DNA of 64,000 bases from Candidatus Poriferisocius sp. (GTDB taxonomy: Bacteria > Actinomycetota > Acidimicrobiia > Acidimicrobiales > Bin134): the NCBI RefSeq assembly GCF_965208355.1, contig NZ_CBDBOM010000003.1:2710234-2774233 (forward strand), written 5' to 3'. The translations under genes were made by a program, and so were the position numbers. Positions 29,425 to 37,076 of the stretch are shown here, piece by piece; within the stretch, counting starts at the first letter, position 1, and each line of letters begins with the position of its first letter. Below the pieces are notes generated by a model, which was not told where the DNA came from, did no database searches, and saw only the letters and a program-made list of their open reading frames with translations.

Positions 29425-29497
29425 CTGGCGAGGCAGGACTCGAACCTGCAACCTCCTGGTCCAAAGCCAGGCGTTCTGCCACTTGAACTACTCGCCA
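29425..29497 (-). tRNA. tRNA-Gln (anticodon UUG)
   Basis: Folded by hand. Acceptor stem TGGCGAG/CTCGCCA (U1-A72, discriminator G), D stem GTTC/GAAC, anticodon stem CCTGG/CCAGG with loop CTTTGGA, T arm GCAGG-TTCGAGT-CCTGC. The 3' CCA is not fully encoded (CCG follows). Confidence 0.9.
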
Positions 29498-29609
29498 AGG
29501 AGCCCCTTGCTATGCAGTCGTCAGGCACCATTTGCAGGCTACTCCATGACCACCATATGAACTCTCGGGTTATTGGTGATGGCGTTGGCCGGGCTAGCGT
29601 GGAAGCACC

Positions 29610-29711
29610 ATGGGATCGTTGATCAAGAAGCGCCGCAAGCGGATGCGCAAGAAGAAGCACAAGAAGATGCTGAAGCGCACTCGCTTCCAGCGGCGGGCCC
29701 GCGGGAAGTAG
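29610..29711 (+). CDS. 30S ribosomal protein bS22 (actinobacterial 33-aa micro-protein)
   Basis: Below the ORF-track size cutoff. ATG 29610 gives MGSLIKKRRKRMRKKKHKKMLKRTRFQRRARGK-TAG. It is 33 aa and near-identical in pattern to mycobacterial bS22 as I recall it (MGSVIKKRRKRM.KKKH.KLL.RTR.QRR..GK). Confidence 0.85.
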   Translation: MGSLIKKRRKRMRKKKHKKMLKRTRFQRRARGK

Positions 29712-29753
29712 ACCTAGCGCACTCGCTTCCAGCGGCGGGCCCGCGGGAAGTAG
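29674..29753 (+). repeat. perfect 38-nt tandem duplication (period 42 nt) of the bS22 3' end including its stop codon
   Basis: AGCGCACTCGCTTCCAGCGGCGGGCCCGCGGGAAGTAG occurs at 29674-29711 and again at 29716-29753, separated by 4 nt (29712-29715). Confidence 0.95.
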
Positions 29754-29768
29754 CTCCCCCACTCCTCT

Positions 29769-30479
29769 TCAAGCTCGCAAAGGCTGAGAGGGCACGGTGC
29801 TAACCACGATTCGACCCTCACCGGGGTAGGCGCCCTCGACAAACCAGGTAGATCCGCTGCCGGCCAACCTTGCCGTCTGGCCAGTGGCCTCCTCCAACTC
29901 TCGGCGGTATTGGTCCAGGCGGGGTTCCACTTCAAGAGCGGCCGGCTCCAAGTCGTTCCCGTTCGATCCCTCGGGTCCTCCCATCTCGTCCCAGCGCTGA
30001 TATACCGCTGGTGTGGAGCATCCGAATGGGGGGATGTTCAGGGTAAGCGTTCGGGGAACGTAGTCAAGCGGCTGCACAAGCTCACCAATGCCTTGCACAC
30101 GAGCCCGCCCGCCGACCAGGCAGAAGGGGACGTCGGCACCCAGCTGAGCCGCTCCTTGGACTTTGGTGTAGCCGGCCCAGCGCAAAATGGCGGCGGCGTT
30201 GGCCGATCCTCCCCCCAACCCGGCCCCGGGTGGGATTCGCTTGTCCACTGTGATCCGGGCAGTGCGCCCCACCAGGGCCAGCGCCCGGGTTATGAGATTT
30301 TCAGACGGGTCAATCTCGTCCGCTCCGCTGATGGCAACTCCGTGGCCCTCCTCGATCTCCAGCGTGTCGGCCAAATCGAGGGCCACCATCTCGGCATCGA
30401 TCAAGTGATACCCGTCATCTTGCACGCCGGTAATGCGCAGCGACAAGGTGAGCTTGGCCGAGGCGATGAGCGTGGTCAT
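29769..30479 (-). CDS. ispE: 4-diphosphocytidyl-2-C-methyl-D-erythritol kinase
   Basis: 236 aa (compact). ..AKLTLSLRI..DDGYH.., GHMP motif PPGAGLGGGSANAAA, ..GSGSTWF... Confidence 0.9.
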   Translation of the reverse strand: MTTLIASAKLTLSLRITGVQDDGYHLIDAEMVALDLADTLEIEEGHGVAISGADEIDPSENLITRALALVGRTARITVDKRIPPGAGLGGGSANAAAILRWAGYTKVQGAAQLGADVPFCLVGGRARVQGIGELVQPLDYVPRTLTLNIPPFGCSTPAVYQRWDEMGGPEGSNGNDLEPAALEVEPRLDQYRRELEEATGQTARLAGSGSTWFVEGAYPGEGRIVVSTVPSQPLRA

Positions 30480-31297
30480 CGAGACGAGGCTACGACAGCC
30501 AATTCGGCCCAGTCGGCGAGGGTGAGTTGTTCGGGGCGGGCGGTGGGGGAAATGGCGGTTTGGGCGAAATGATCGGGCGTCAAGTGGGCGGCCAGCGAGC
30601 GGCGTAGCATTTTGCGGCGCTGGCCAAAGGCGGTGCGGATTAGGGAGAACAGATGGTCAGGATCAGCTTCGACGGCTGGGGCCGGTAGTCGCTCCATCCG
30701 GACCACCGCAGACGACACCCGGGGTCGGGGGTAGAACACCGTGGGAGGTACCGAGCGGACGATGCGGGCCTCGCACCAGTAGGCCACCTTGAGGGTGGGA
30801 ATCCCGTAGGCCTTGGTACCCACCGGGGCCACCAGCCGATCGGCCACCTCCTTTTGCACCATGAAGGTGATGGTCTCGATGCGGGGCTCGTTGTCCAACA
30901 GGTCCAACAGCAGGGGAACGGCCACGTTGTAGGGCAGGTTGGCCACCAGCGACCACCGCCTCTCGGTGGGGCCGAGCTTGGTGCGCCACTCTGAGGTGGT
31001 GGCATCGGCGTGGACAATCTCGACGTTGGGAGCATCAGCCACCTCGGCCAGTGGGGCCAGCAGGTGGCGGTCGGCCTCCACGGCCAGCACATGATCAACC
31101 TCGGCGGCCAGGGCTCGAGTGAGCGACCCCAGCCCCGGGCCGATCTCGACCACCGAATCCTCGGGGGCCAGCTCAGCGGCCCTAACCATGGCATCGATGG
31201 TGTTGGGGTCGACCACAAAGTTCTGACCCATGGCCCGGCTGGGAGCCAGACCGTGGCGGTCCAGCAGGTCAAGAACCTGGGTGCGGGTAAGGGTCAT
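30476..31297 (-). CDS. rsmA: 16S rRNA (adenine1518/1519-N6)-dimethyltransferase
   Basis: I start it at ATG 31297 (MTLTRTQVLDLLDRHGLAPSRAMGQNFVVDPN..), which overlaps the tatD stop as ATGA. SAM motif VVEIGPGLGSLT. Confidence 0.92.
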   Translation of the reverse strand: MTLTRTQVLDLLDRHGLAPSRAMGQNFVVDPNTIDAMVRAAELAPEDSVVEIGPGLGSLTRALAAEVDHVLAVEADRHLLAPLAEVADAPNVEIVHADATTSEWRTKLGPTERRWSLVANLPYNVAVPLLLDLLDNEPRIETITFMVQKEVADRLVAPVGTKAYGIPTLKVAYWCEARIVRSVPPTVFYPRPRVSSAVVRMERLPAPAVEADPDHLFSLIRTAFGQRRKMLRRSLAAHLTPDHFAQTAISPTARPEQLTLADWAELAVVASSR

Positions 31298-32034
31298 AGG
31301 CCATAGAAGGCGGCCGCGTTGTCCCAGGTGTGCTCGGCCACCTGCTCCGGTGCGATGCCGTGGACTCGGGCCAGTGCCTCGCCCACCAGCGGCAGATTCG
31401 CCGGGGCGTTGCGCTTGCCGCGCAGAGGTACCGGCGCCAGATACGGCGAGTCGGTTTCCACCAGCAGCCGGTTTAGCGGGCACAACTCGGCCGCCGACCG
31501 CACGTCGTCGGCCGAGGGGAAGCTCACGATGCCGCTGAACGACAGGTACGCCCCCCGATCAAGGGCGGCCCGGGCCTCGTCGGCACCTCCGGTGAAGCAG
31601 TGGAACACCGTGTGGTCGGGCACCCCGCCCTCGTCCAGGATGGCGAAGGTGTCGTCCCACGCCTCCCGAGTGTGGATCACCAGGGGCATCCGATGCCGAT
31701 GGGCCATGTCGATCTGGACGGCGAACGCCGCCTGCTGGTCGGGTTGCGGGGAGTGGTTGTAGTGGTAGTCGAGCCCGCACTCCCCTACTGCCACCACTCG
31801 GTCGGATCCCAGCAAATCCTCGATGCCGGCGATGCCGTGGCGAGCCTCGTGAGGGTGAACTCCCGCCGTGGCCCACACCCGGTCACTGGCCGCGGCCTTG
31901 GCTACTGCGGCCATCGAGGTGGCCAAATCGGTGCCCACATCGATCAGGCGCTCCACTCCGGCCGCCGATGCCTGGGCGACCACCTCATCCAGCGTGTCCG
32001 ACTCCAGGTGGCAGTGGTTGTCTATCCAGCGCAC
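31294..32034 (-). CDS. tatD: TatD family metal-dependent hydrolase
   Basis: Preferred GTG start at 32034 (VRWIDNHCHL..), 2 nt after the metG stop. The longer track ORF overlaps metG. ..HCFTGG.. and ..ETDSPYL.. motifs. Confidence 0.85.
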   Translation of the reverse strand: MRWIDNHCHLESDTLDEVVAQASAAGVERLIDVGTDLATSMAAVAKAAASDRVWATAGVHPHEARHGIAGIEDLLGSDRVVAVGECGLDYHYNHSPQPDQQAAFAVQIDMAHRHRMPLVIHTREAWDDTFAILDEGGVPDHTVFHCFTGGADEARAALDRGAYLSFSGIVSFPSADDVRSAAELCPLNRLLVETDSPYLAPVPLRGKRNAPANLPLVGEALARVHGIAPEQVAEHTWDNAAAFYGL

Positions 32035-32036
32035 CT

Positions 32037-33536
32037 TCAGCCCTTGAGGCGGGGGAATAGCGGATCGCCTTGGGCCACCGGCAACCTGCCGGGATACTGC
32101 CCCCACACCGCGGCTTCGGGCAGCCGCTGGTCGAGGGGAGATCCGTCCAACCCAAGGCGGGTCCACGCCGCCTCGCAGGAAGTGGGGATGGCCGGGCTGG
32201 CCAGCACGCACACGATGCGCAGAGCCTCCAAGGCATTGCCCAGCACCGTGTTCACCAAGGGCCCGGAGTCCATCTTCCACGGCTCGGTGGCCTGCAAGTA
32301 CTCATTTGTGTCGCGGATTAGCCGCCAAGTGGCCTCCAGCGCTACCGACGGCTGGAACCGGTCCCAGGCCGCGGCGGCGTCGGCGTACACCTCGGCGGCA
32401 ATGTCGGCCAGCGGATGGTCGGGGTCGGGAGCAGGGCCGATCCCGTCGCACTTTTGGTGAACCAACGTGGACGACCGCTGCAACAGATTGCCGAAGTTGT
32501 TGGCCAGATCGGTGTTGTAGCGGTGCTGGAGTGCCTCGTGGCTGACCTCGCTGTCGGGGCCGAACGGCGTGTCACGGAGCAGGGAGTAGCGGAATCCGTC
32601 CACGCCGAAGTCGTTGACGAGGTCGGTGGGCGAGATCTGGTTGAACGCCGACTTGGACATCTTCTCCCCGCCCACCAGCAGCCATCCGTGGACGTGGTAT
32701 TGGGGCAGTTCCTCGACCCCGGCGGCCAGGAGCATGGCCGGCCAATACACGCAGTGGAAGCGAATGATGTCTTTGCCCAGCAGATGGCGCACCGACGGCC
32801 ACCACTGGGCAAACCGCTCGTCGTCGTTCCCGTAGCCCGCCGCGGTGGCGTAGTTGGTGAGCGCGTCGTACCACACATAGAACACATGGCCCTCGGCCCA
32901 GGGCACCGGGATGCCCCAGTCGATGGAGGTGCGGGTGATGGAGATGTCCCGCAAGCCGCCCCGGATGATGCCCAGCGCCTCGTTGCGATAACCCTCGGGG
33001 GTGATGTTGGTGGGGTTGGACTCGAACCACTTCAACAGCGGCTCCTCGAATTCGGAGAGCTTGAAGAAGTAGTTCTCCTCGGTCATCCGCTCCACTCGGC
33101 CCGACTCGATGTCCTCCTCCGACACGTCTTCTTCTGACACGTAGGCCTCGTCCGACACCGAGTACCAACCGTCGTAGACCGCCGAGTAGATGTAACCGTT
33201 GTCGTAGGCCCGCTGCATGAGGGTCTGGACCGAACGGTGGTGGCGGGGCTCGGTGGTGCGGATGAACTCGTCGTTGGCCACGCCGAGCTCGGCCCACGCT
33301 TCCCGAAAGCGCTGACTGGTGCCGTCGGCCTGCTCTAGGGGAGACAGGCCGTTGGCCTCCGCGGCCCGCTGAACTTTGAGGCCGTGCTCGTCGGTCCCGG
33401 TCAGGTAGAAGACCTCTTCGCCCAACAGCCGATGCCAGCGGGTGACGGCATCACCGTTTAGCACGGTGTAGGCGTGGCCGATGTGGGGCGCGTCGTTGAC
33501 GTAGAAGATCGGGGTCGTCAAGAAGTAGCGCGACAC
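32037..33536 (-). CDS. metG: methionine--tRNA ligase
   Basis: ..TTPIFYVNDAPHIGHAYT.. (HIGH) and ..GEKMSKSAFN.. (KMSKS). Confidence 0.96.
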   Translation of the reverse strand: MSRYFLTTPIFYVNDAPHIGHAYTVLNGDAVTRWHRLLGEEVFYLTGTDEHGLKVQRAAEANGLSPLEQADGTSQRFREAWAELGVANDEFIRTTEPRHHRSVQTLMQRAYDNGYIYSAVYDGWYSVSDEAYVSEEDVSEEDIESGRVERMTEENYFFKLSEFEEPLLKWFESNPTNITPEGYRNEALGIIRGGLRDISITRTSIDWGIPVPWAEGHVFYVWYDALTNYATAAGYGNDDERFAQWWPSVRHLLGKDIIRFHCVYWPAMLLAAGVEELPQYHVHGWLLVGGEKMSKSAFNQISPTDLVNDFGVDGFRYSLLRDTPFGPDSEVSHEALQHRYNTDLANNFGNLLQRSSTLVHQKCDGIGPAPDPDHPLADIAAEVYADAAAAWDRFQPSVALEATWRLIRDTNEYLQATEPWKMDSGPLVNTVLGNALEALRIVCVLASPAIPTSCEAAWTRLGLDGSPLDQRLPEAAVWGQYPGRLPVAQGDPLFPRLKG

Positions 33537-33596
33537 CGGATCACCCTACTTTCCTCGGCCCGCTGTTCCCGATTGGGATGGCCCAAGTGCTCGGGG

Positions 33597-34061
33597 TCAC
33601 TCCCCGAACATCTCGGCCGAACGGCGGGCCAGCTCATCGGGGGCCACGTCCTCCACATGGGTGGACACGTTCCAGCGGTGGCCGAACGGGTCGGTGAACT
33701 GACCGCCGCGGTCGCCGTAGAAATGGGTCTCCACCGGTCGTTCGGCGGTGGCCCCGGCAGCTACCGCCTTGGCGAAGGTGGCATCGGCGTCCTCCACGTA
33801 CACCATGACAGTGACCGCAGTGCCGCCGATCTTCTTGGGTCCGATCACATCCATCTCGGGATATTCGTCGGACACCATGATGATGCTGTCGCCGATGGCC
33901 ACCTCGGCGTGGCCGATCATTCCTCCGGGGGCTGATATCCGCATGCGCTCGGTGGCGTCGAATACCTCGACCATGAAATCGATGGCCGCGGCCGCGCCGT
34001 CCACGCACAGGTAGGGGGTGACACGGGGGTAGTCGTCGGGAATGGGCTTTACTTCGCTCAT
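33597..34061 (-). CDS. VOC (glyoxalase/PhnB-like) family protein
   Basis: 154 aa. ..VTPYLCVDGAAAAIDFMVEVFDA..GHAEVAIGDSIIMVSDE..DPFGHRWNV.. is typical of PhnB-like VOC proteins. Confidence 0.8.
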   Translation of the reverse strand: MSEVKPIPDDYPRVTPYLCVDGAAAAIDFMVEVFDATERMRISAPGGMIGHAEVAIGDSIIMVSDEYPEMDVIGPKKIGGTAVTVMVYVEDADATFAKAVAAGATAERPVETHFYGDRGGQFTDPFGHRWNVSTHVEDVAPDELARRSAEMFGE

Positions 34062-34108
34062 GGGGACTCCTCTGCCAACTGGGCCAGTACTTGGGGCCTC
34101 TGGAAGAG

Positions 34109-34936
34109 TCAGTCTTTCAGACTGATCTGGTACACGGCTCGTCGGGACACTCCGAGGTCGGCGGCCACCGCGGCGGCCGCATCCCGGCGGGACAATCCGT
34201 CGGCCAACCTCTCCTCAAGCGCCGCTCTGATCTGGGTCACCGAGGGCGGAGCAGGGTCGGGGCAACCGGCCACCACCAGCACGTATTCGCCCCGGGGCTC
34301 TGCCTCGCCTACCTGGGCAACGGCATCGGCGAGGGTGCCCCGCCATACCTCCTCGTGCAGCTTGGTCTGCTCCCGCACGATGGCGATGGCCCGATCCCCG
34401 CCCAGCGCTGATGCCAGGTCGCCCAGGGTGCGGGCCAGCCGATGCGGCGCTTCAAACAGCACCATGGTGCGAGGCTCGGCCGCCAGCGCGTGGAGGCGAT
34501 CGGTGCGGTGGCGCCCCTTCTTGGGCAGAAATCCCTCAAAGCAAAAGCGCCCGGTGGGCAGGCCGCTCACCACCAGGGCCGACAAGGCAGCCGACGGGCC
34601 GGGTACGGCCTCCACCTCGGCTCCGACCTTGAGGACCGCCTGCACCACCTTGGCCCCCGGATCAGACACCGCTGGAGTGCCGGCATCGGTGACCAGGGCC
34701 ACCATGTTCCCGGCGACGATCAGGTCGGCGATCTCGGCCGCACTGGCCTTCTCGGTGTGCTCGTTGACCACCAGCAACCGGGGAGCGCTCACCCCGGCGT
34801 GGGCCAGCAGTTTTCCGGTGCGACGAGTGTCCTCGCAGGCCACCACGTCAGCGTCGGCCAATGCCTCCACCGCTCTCGGGGACAGGTCGCCCAGGTTGCC
34901 GATCGGGGTGGCAACCAAAACCAGCTTTCCAGCCAT
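34109..34936 (-). CDS. rsmI: 16S rRNA (cytidine1402-2'-O)-methyltransferase
   Basis: ..LVLVATPIGNLGDLSPRAVEAL..ADVVACEDTRRTGKLL.. signature. GGGAGGA Shine-Dalgarno upstream of ATG 34936. Confidence 0.93.
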   Translation of the reverse strand: MAGKLVLVATPIGNLGDLSPRAVEALADADVVACEDTRRTGKLLAHAGVSAPRLLVVNEHTEKASAAEIADLIVAGNMVALVTDAGTPAVSDPGAKVVQAVLKVGAEVEAVPGPSAALSALVVSGLPTGRFCFEGFLPKKGRHRTDRLHALAAEPRTMVLFEAPHRLARTLGDLASALGGDRAIAIVREQTKLHEEVWRGTLADAVAQVGEAEPRGEYVLVVAGCPDPAPPSVTQIRAALEERLADGLSRRDAAAAVAADLGVSRRAVYQISLKD

Positions 34937-34947
34937 GCTTCCTCCCC

Positions 34948-35021
34948 AATCCTGGATCTTGTCTATCCCCGATCGGGATCACCTAATCCAGGAGCTTGTC
35001 TATCCCCGATGGGGATCACTA
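34948..35021 (-). repeat. two tandem 37-nt units with a palindromic core, spanning the DUF192 stop and the rsmI leader
   Basis: Unit 1 is 34948-34984 and unit 2 is 34985-35021 (aatccWggaKcttgtctatccccgatSgggatcacYW). The 25-nt core CTTGTCTATCCCCGAT(C/G)GGGATCAC has one mismatch. Unit 1 contains the 10-nt palindrome CCCGATCGGG. Confidence 0.85.
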
Positions 35022-35353
35022 GCAGTCTGTCGCACTTCCAATCGATCGCCGGGCTTTAGGCCCCAGCGGGTAAACGAACCGGCCTCGGCCTCCAGTACCG
35101 CCCGGGCCCGCCATACCGGCAGGCCAACCCGAAAGCGAGCCATGGTGGTTGCTTTCAGCACCACCAGATTGCGGTCCAGATAGGCCACGTCAATGGGAAA
35201 GCGCATGCCCAGGGTGTGGACCGATAGCGCCGGTCGCAGCAGCAGCGCATTGTCGAACTCGTCCCGGCCCAGCAGTCCGAGGGCCCGTTCCCGCCAGCCG
35301 GTGGCGAATTCCACGGTGGCCAGCACCCGGTCGTCACAGACGAGCCACGCCAT
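35000..35353 (-). CDS. DUF192 domain-containing protein
   Basis: I start it at ATG 35353 (MAWLVCDDRVLATVEFATGWRERALGLLGRD..LLRPALSVHTLGMRFPIDVAYLD..). The track ORF extends upstream into ychF. Confidence 0.75.
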   Translation of the reverse strand: MAWLVCDDRVLATVEFATGWRERALGLLGRDEFDNALLLRPALSVHTLGMRFPIDVAYLDRNLVVLKATTMARFRVGLPVWRARAVLEAEAGSFTRWGLKPGDRLEVRQTASDPHRG

Positions 35354-35406
35354 CTCATGATTTTCCAACTCCAGCGGCGTTTGTTCAAGAGGGACTTTGA
35401 CAACCG

Positions 35407-36483
35407 CTAAACGTTGAAGCGAATCTCCATCACGTCGCCGTCGGCCACCAGATAGTCGCGACCCTCGGTGCGCATCACGCCCAGTTCCTTGGACTTGGTC
35501 CATCCGCCCGCCTCCAGCAGTTCCTGCCAGCCGATCACGTCGGCCCGAATAAACCCCCGCTGGAAGTCGGTGTGGATGCGCCCGGCGGCCTCCGGGGCGG
35601 TGGCGCCCATGCGGAAGGTCCAGGCCCGGGTCTCTTTGTCGCCGGTGGTAAAGAAGGTGCGCAATCCCAGCAGGTCGTAGGCCGCGTGGGTGAACCGGCC
35701 CAGGGCTCCCTCGCCCAGGCCCAGGCCATCGAGCATCTCGGCCCGCTCCCCGGCGGGAAGCTGGGCGGCCTCGGCCTCGAGCTGCACGCACACCGCTATA
35801 ACCCCGGCCCGGCCGTCCAGCTCGGCGGCCACCGGTTCGATCACCGCATCGGCATCGTCGAGTTGGTCCTCGCCGATGTTGACCACCGCCAGCACCGGGC
35901 GGTTGGTGAGCAGAAAGCTCTCCCGCAAGTCGGTTCGCTGGTCGGCCGACAGATCGCTGCGATATATCGGGATACCCTCGCCCAACACGTCGGCGGCAGC
36001 TTCCAAAGCGGCCACCTCCCCGGCCTGCGAACGGTCTTGCACCGCAGACTTGCGCCGTTTGACCAGCCGGTTCTCCACCGAATCCAAATCGGCCAGCGTC
36101 AACTCGATCTCCAACACCCGCAGGTGGTCCAGCGGGTCGGTGGGGCCGGGCACGTCGGGGTCGACGAAGGCCCGGAGAACGAACACCACCGCGTCCACTT
36201 CCCGAATGCCGGCCAGAAACTGATTGCCCAAACCCTCGCCCCGGCTGGCCCCCTCCACCAGGCCGCCGATGTCGGTGAACTGCACGCTGGCCGGGGTCAC
36301 GGTGCGAGAGCCGCTGAGCTCGGCGATGGCGTCAAGACGGGGGTCGACCACCTTGGCCACGCCCACGTTGGAGCTGGTGGTGGCAAACGCATACGGCGCG
36401 GCCAGCACGTCTGACCCGATCAAGGCGTTATACAGGGACGACTTGCCAGAGTTGGGCAATCCGACGAACCCGAAGCGCTCCAC
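35407..36483 (-). CDS. ychF: redox-regulated ribosome-binding ATPase YchF
   Basis: ..GFVGLPNSGKSSLYNAL.. P-loop, TGS-like C-terminus ..HTDFQRGFIRA.V... Confidence 0.95.
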   Translation of the reverse strand: MERFGFVGLPNSGKSSLYNALIGSDVLAAPYAFATTSSNVGVAKVVDPRLDAIAELSGSRTVTPASVQFTDIGGLVEGASRGEGLGNQFLAGIREVDAVVFVLRAFVDPDVPGPTDPLDHLRVLEIELTLADLDSVENRLVKRRKSAVQDRSQAGEVAALEAAADVLGEGIPIYRSDLSADQRTDLRESFLLTNRPVLAVVNIGEDQLDDADAVIEPVAAELDGRAGVIAVCVQLEAEAAQLPAGERAEMLDGLGLGEGALGRFTHAAYDLLGLRTFFTTGDKETRAWTFRMGATAPEAAGRIHTDFQRGFIRADVIGWQELLEAGGWTKSKELGVMRTEGRDYLVADGDVMEIRFNV

Positions 36484-36537
36484 GGGTCGTTCACGCTAGC
36501 CCCGGCCGGTACTATTTCTAGAGACGCGGAGGTTCGA

Positions 36538-36627
36538 ATGTCGAAGCGCACCCAAAAACGCAAGGCCCGAGCGCGGCGCAAGAAGGCCAACCATGGGCGG
36601 AAGCCCAATGCCGGGCGCAACAGCTGA
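36538..36627 (+). CDS. 50S ribosomal protein bL37 (actinobacterial micro-protein)
   Basis: Below the ORF-track cutoff. GGAGG 6 nt upstream of ATG 36538. MSKRTQKRKARARRKKANHGRKPNAGRNS-TGA carries the KANHG(K/R)(R/K)PNA core I recall for mycobacterial bL37. Confidence 0.8.
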   Translation: MSKRTQKRKARARRKKANHGRKPNAGRNS

Positions 36628-37060
36628 ACCGAGCTCTTCGGCGCCATCACCCCCGGGCGCAACAGCTGAGCCCAACTCTCCCTCTCCGCCCATCCCCTCG
36701 GGCACGCTGATCTATGACGGCGACTGCGGTTTCTGCACCGCCACCGCTCTGTGGGCGAAACGTCGGCTGAGCGACGACTACCGGGTAGTCCCCTCCCAGC
36801 AGGCCGACCTCGATGCCCTCGGACTTACCGATGAGGATGTAGCCCGCTCAGCCTGGTGGGTCGACCCCGACGGCACCCGCTCCGACGAGCACCGATGCAT
36901 CGCCAATGCCCTGAGAGCCATGCCCGCCCCCTGGCCCGCGCTAGGCCGCCTGCTTACCTTGGGACCCATCAGCCCGCTGGCCCGCTGGACATATCGACTA
37001 ATAGCTGGCAATCGCTACCGCCTGCCTCGATTCGGCAGCCCCAAAAAGTGCGATAGGTAG
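36593..37060 (+). CDS. thiol-disulfide oxidoreductase DCC (DUF393) family protein; start uncertain
   Basis: ..LIYDGDCGFCTATALWAKRRL.. signature. The only ATG starts in frame (36593, 36608) lie inside the bL37 gene in another frame, so the N-terminus is unresolved. Confidence 0.75.
   Translation: MGGSPMPGATAEPSSSAPSPPGATAEPNSPSPPIPSGTLIYDGDCGFCTATALWAKRRLSDDYRVVPSQQADLDALGLTDEDVARSAWWVDPDGTRSDEHRCIANALRAMPAPWPALGRLLTLGPISPLARWTYRLIAGNRYRLPRFGSPKKCDR
36611..36669 (+). repeat. 17-nt perfect direct repeat (20 nt with one mismatch), period 42 nt, duplicating the bL37 3' end including the stop
   Basis: CCGGGCGCAACAGCTGA occurs at 36611-36627 and at 36653-36669. Confidence 0.9.
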
Positions 37061-37076
37061 CCGCAGCGCTGACAAC

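Noticed and set aside
29376-29803. ORFs 29573-29803(+) and 29376-29762(-), which contain striking repeated peptides (AHSLPAAGPREV x2, LLPAGPPLEASAL x2).
   Set aside because: The repeats are just other-frame readings of the bS22 3' duplication. The minus ORF also runs through the tRNA-Gln gene. The bS22 frame is the one with a recognisable product.
29674-36669. Could the short direct repeats (29674-29753, 34948-35021, 36611-36669, 14016-14061) be a CRISPR array?
   Set aside because: Each is only two copies, the loci have different sequences, the copies are adjacent or separated by a few nt rather than by spacers, and no cas genes are present.
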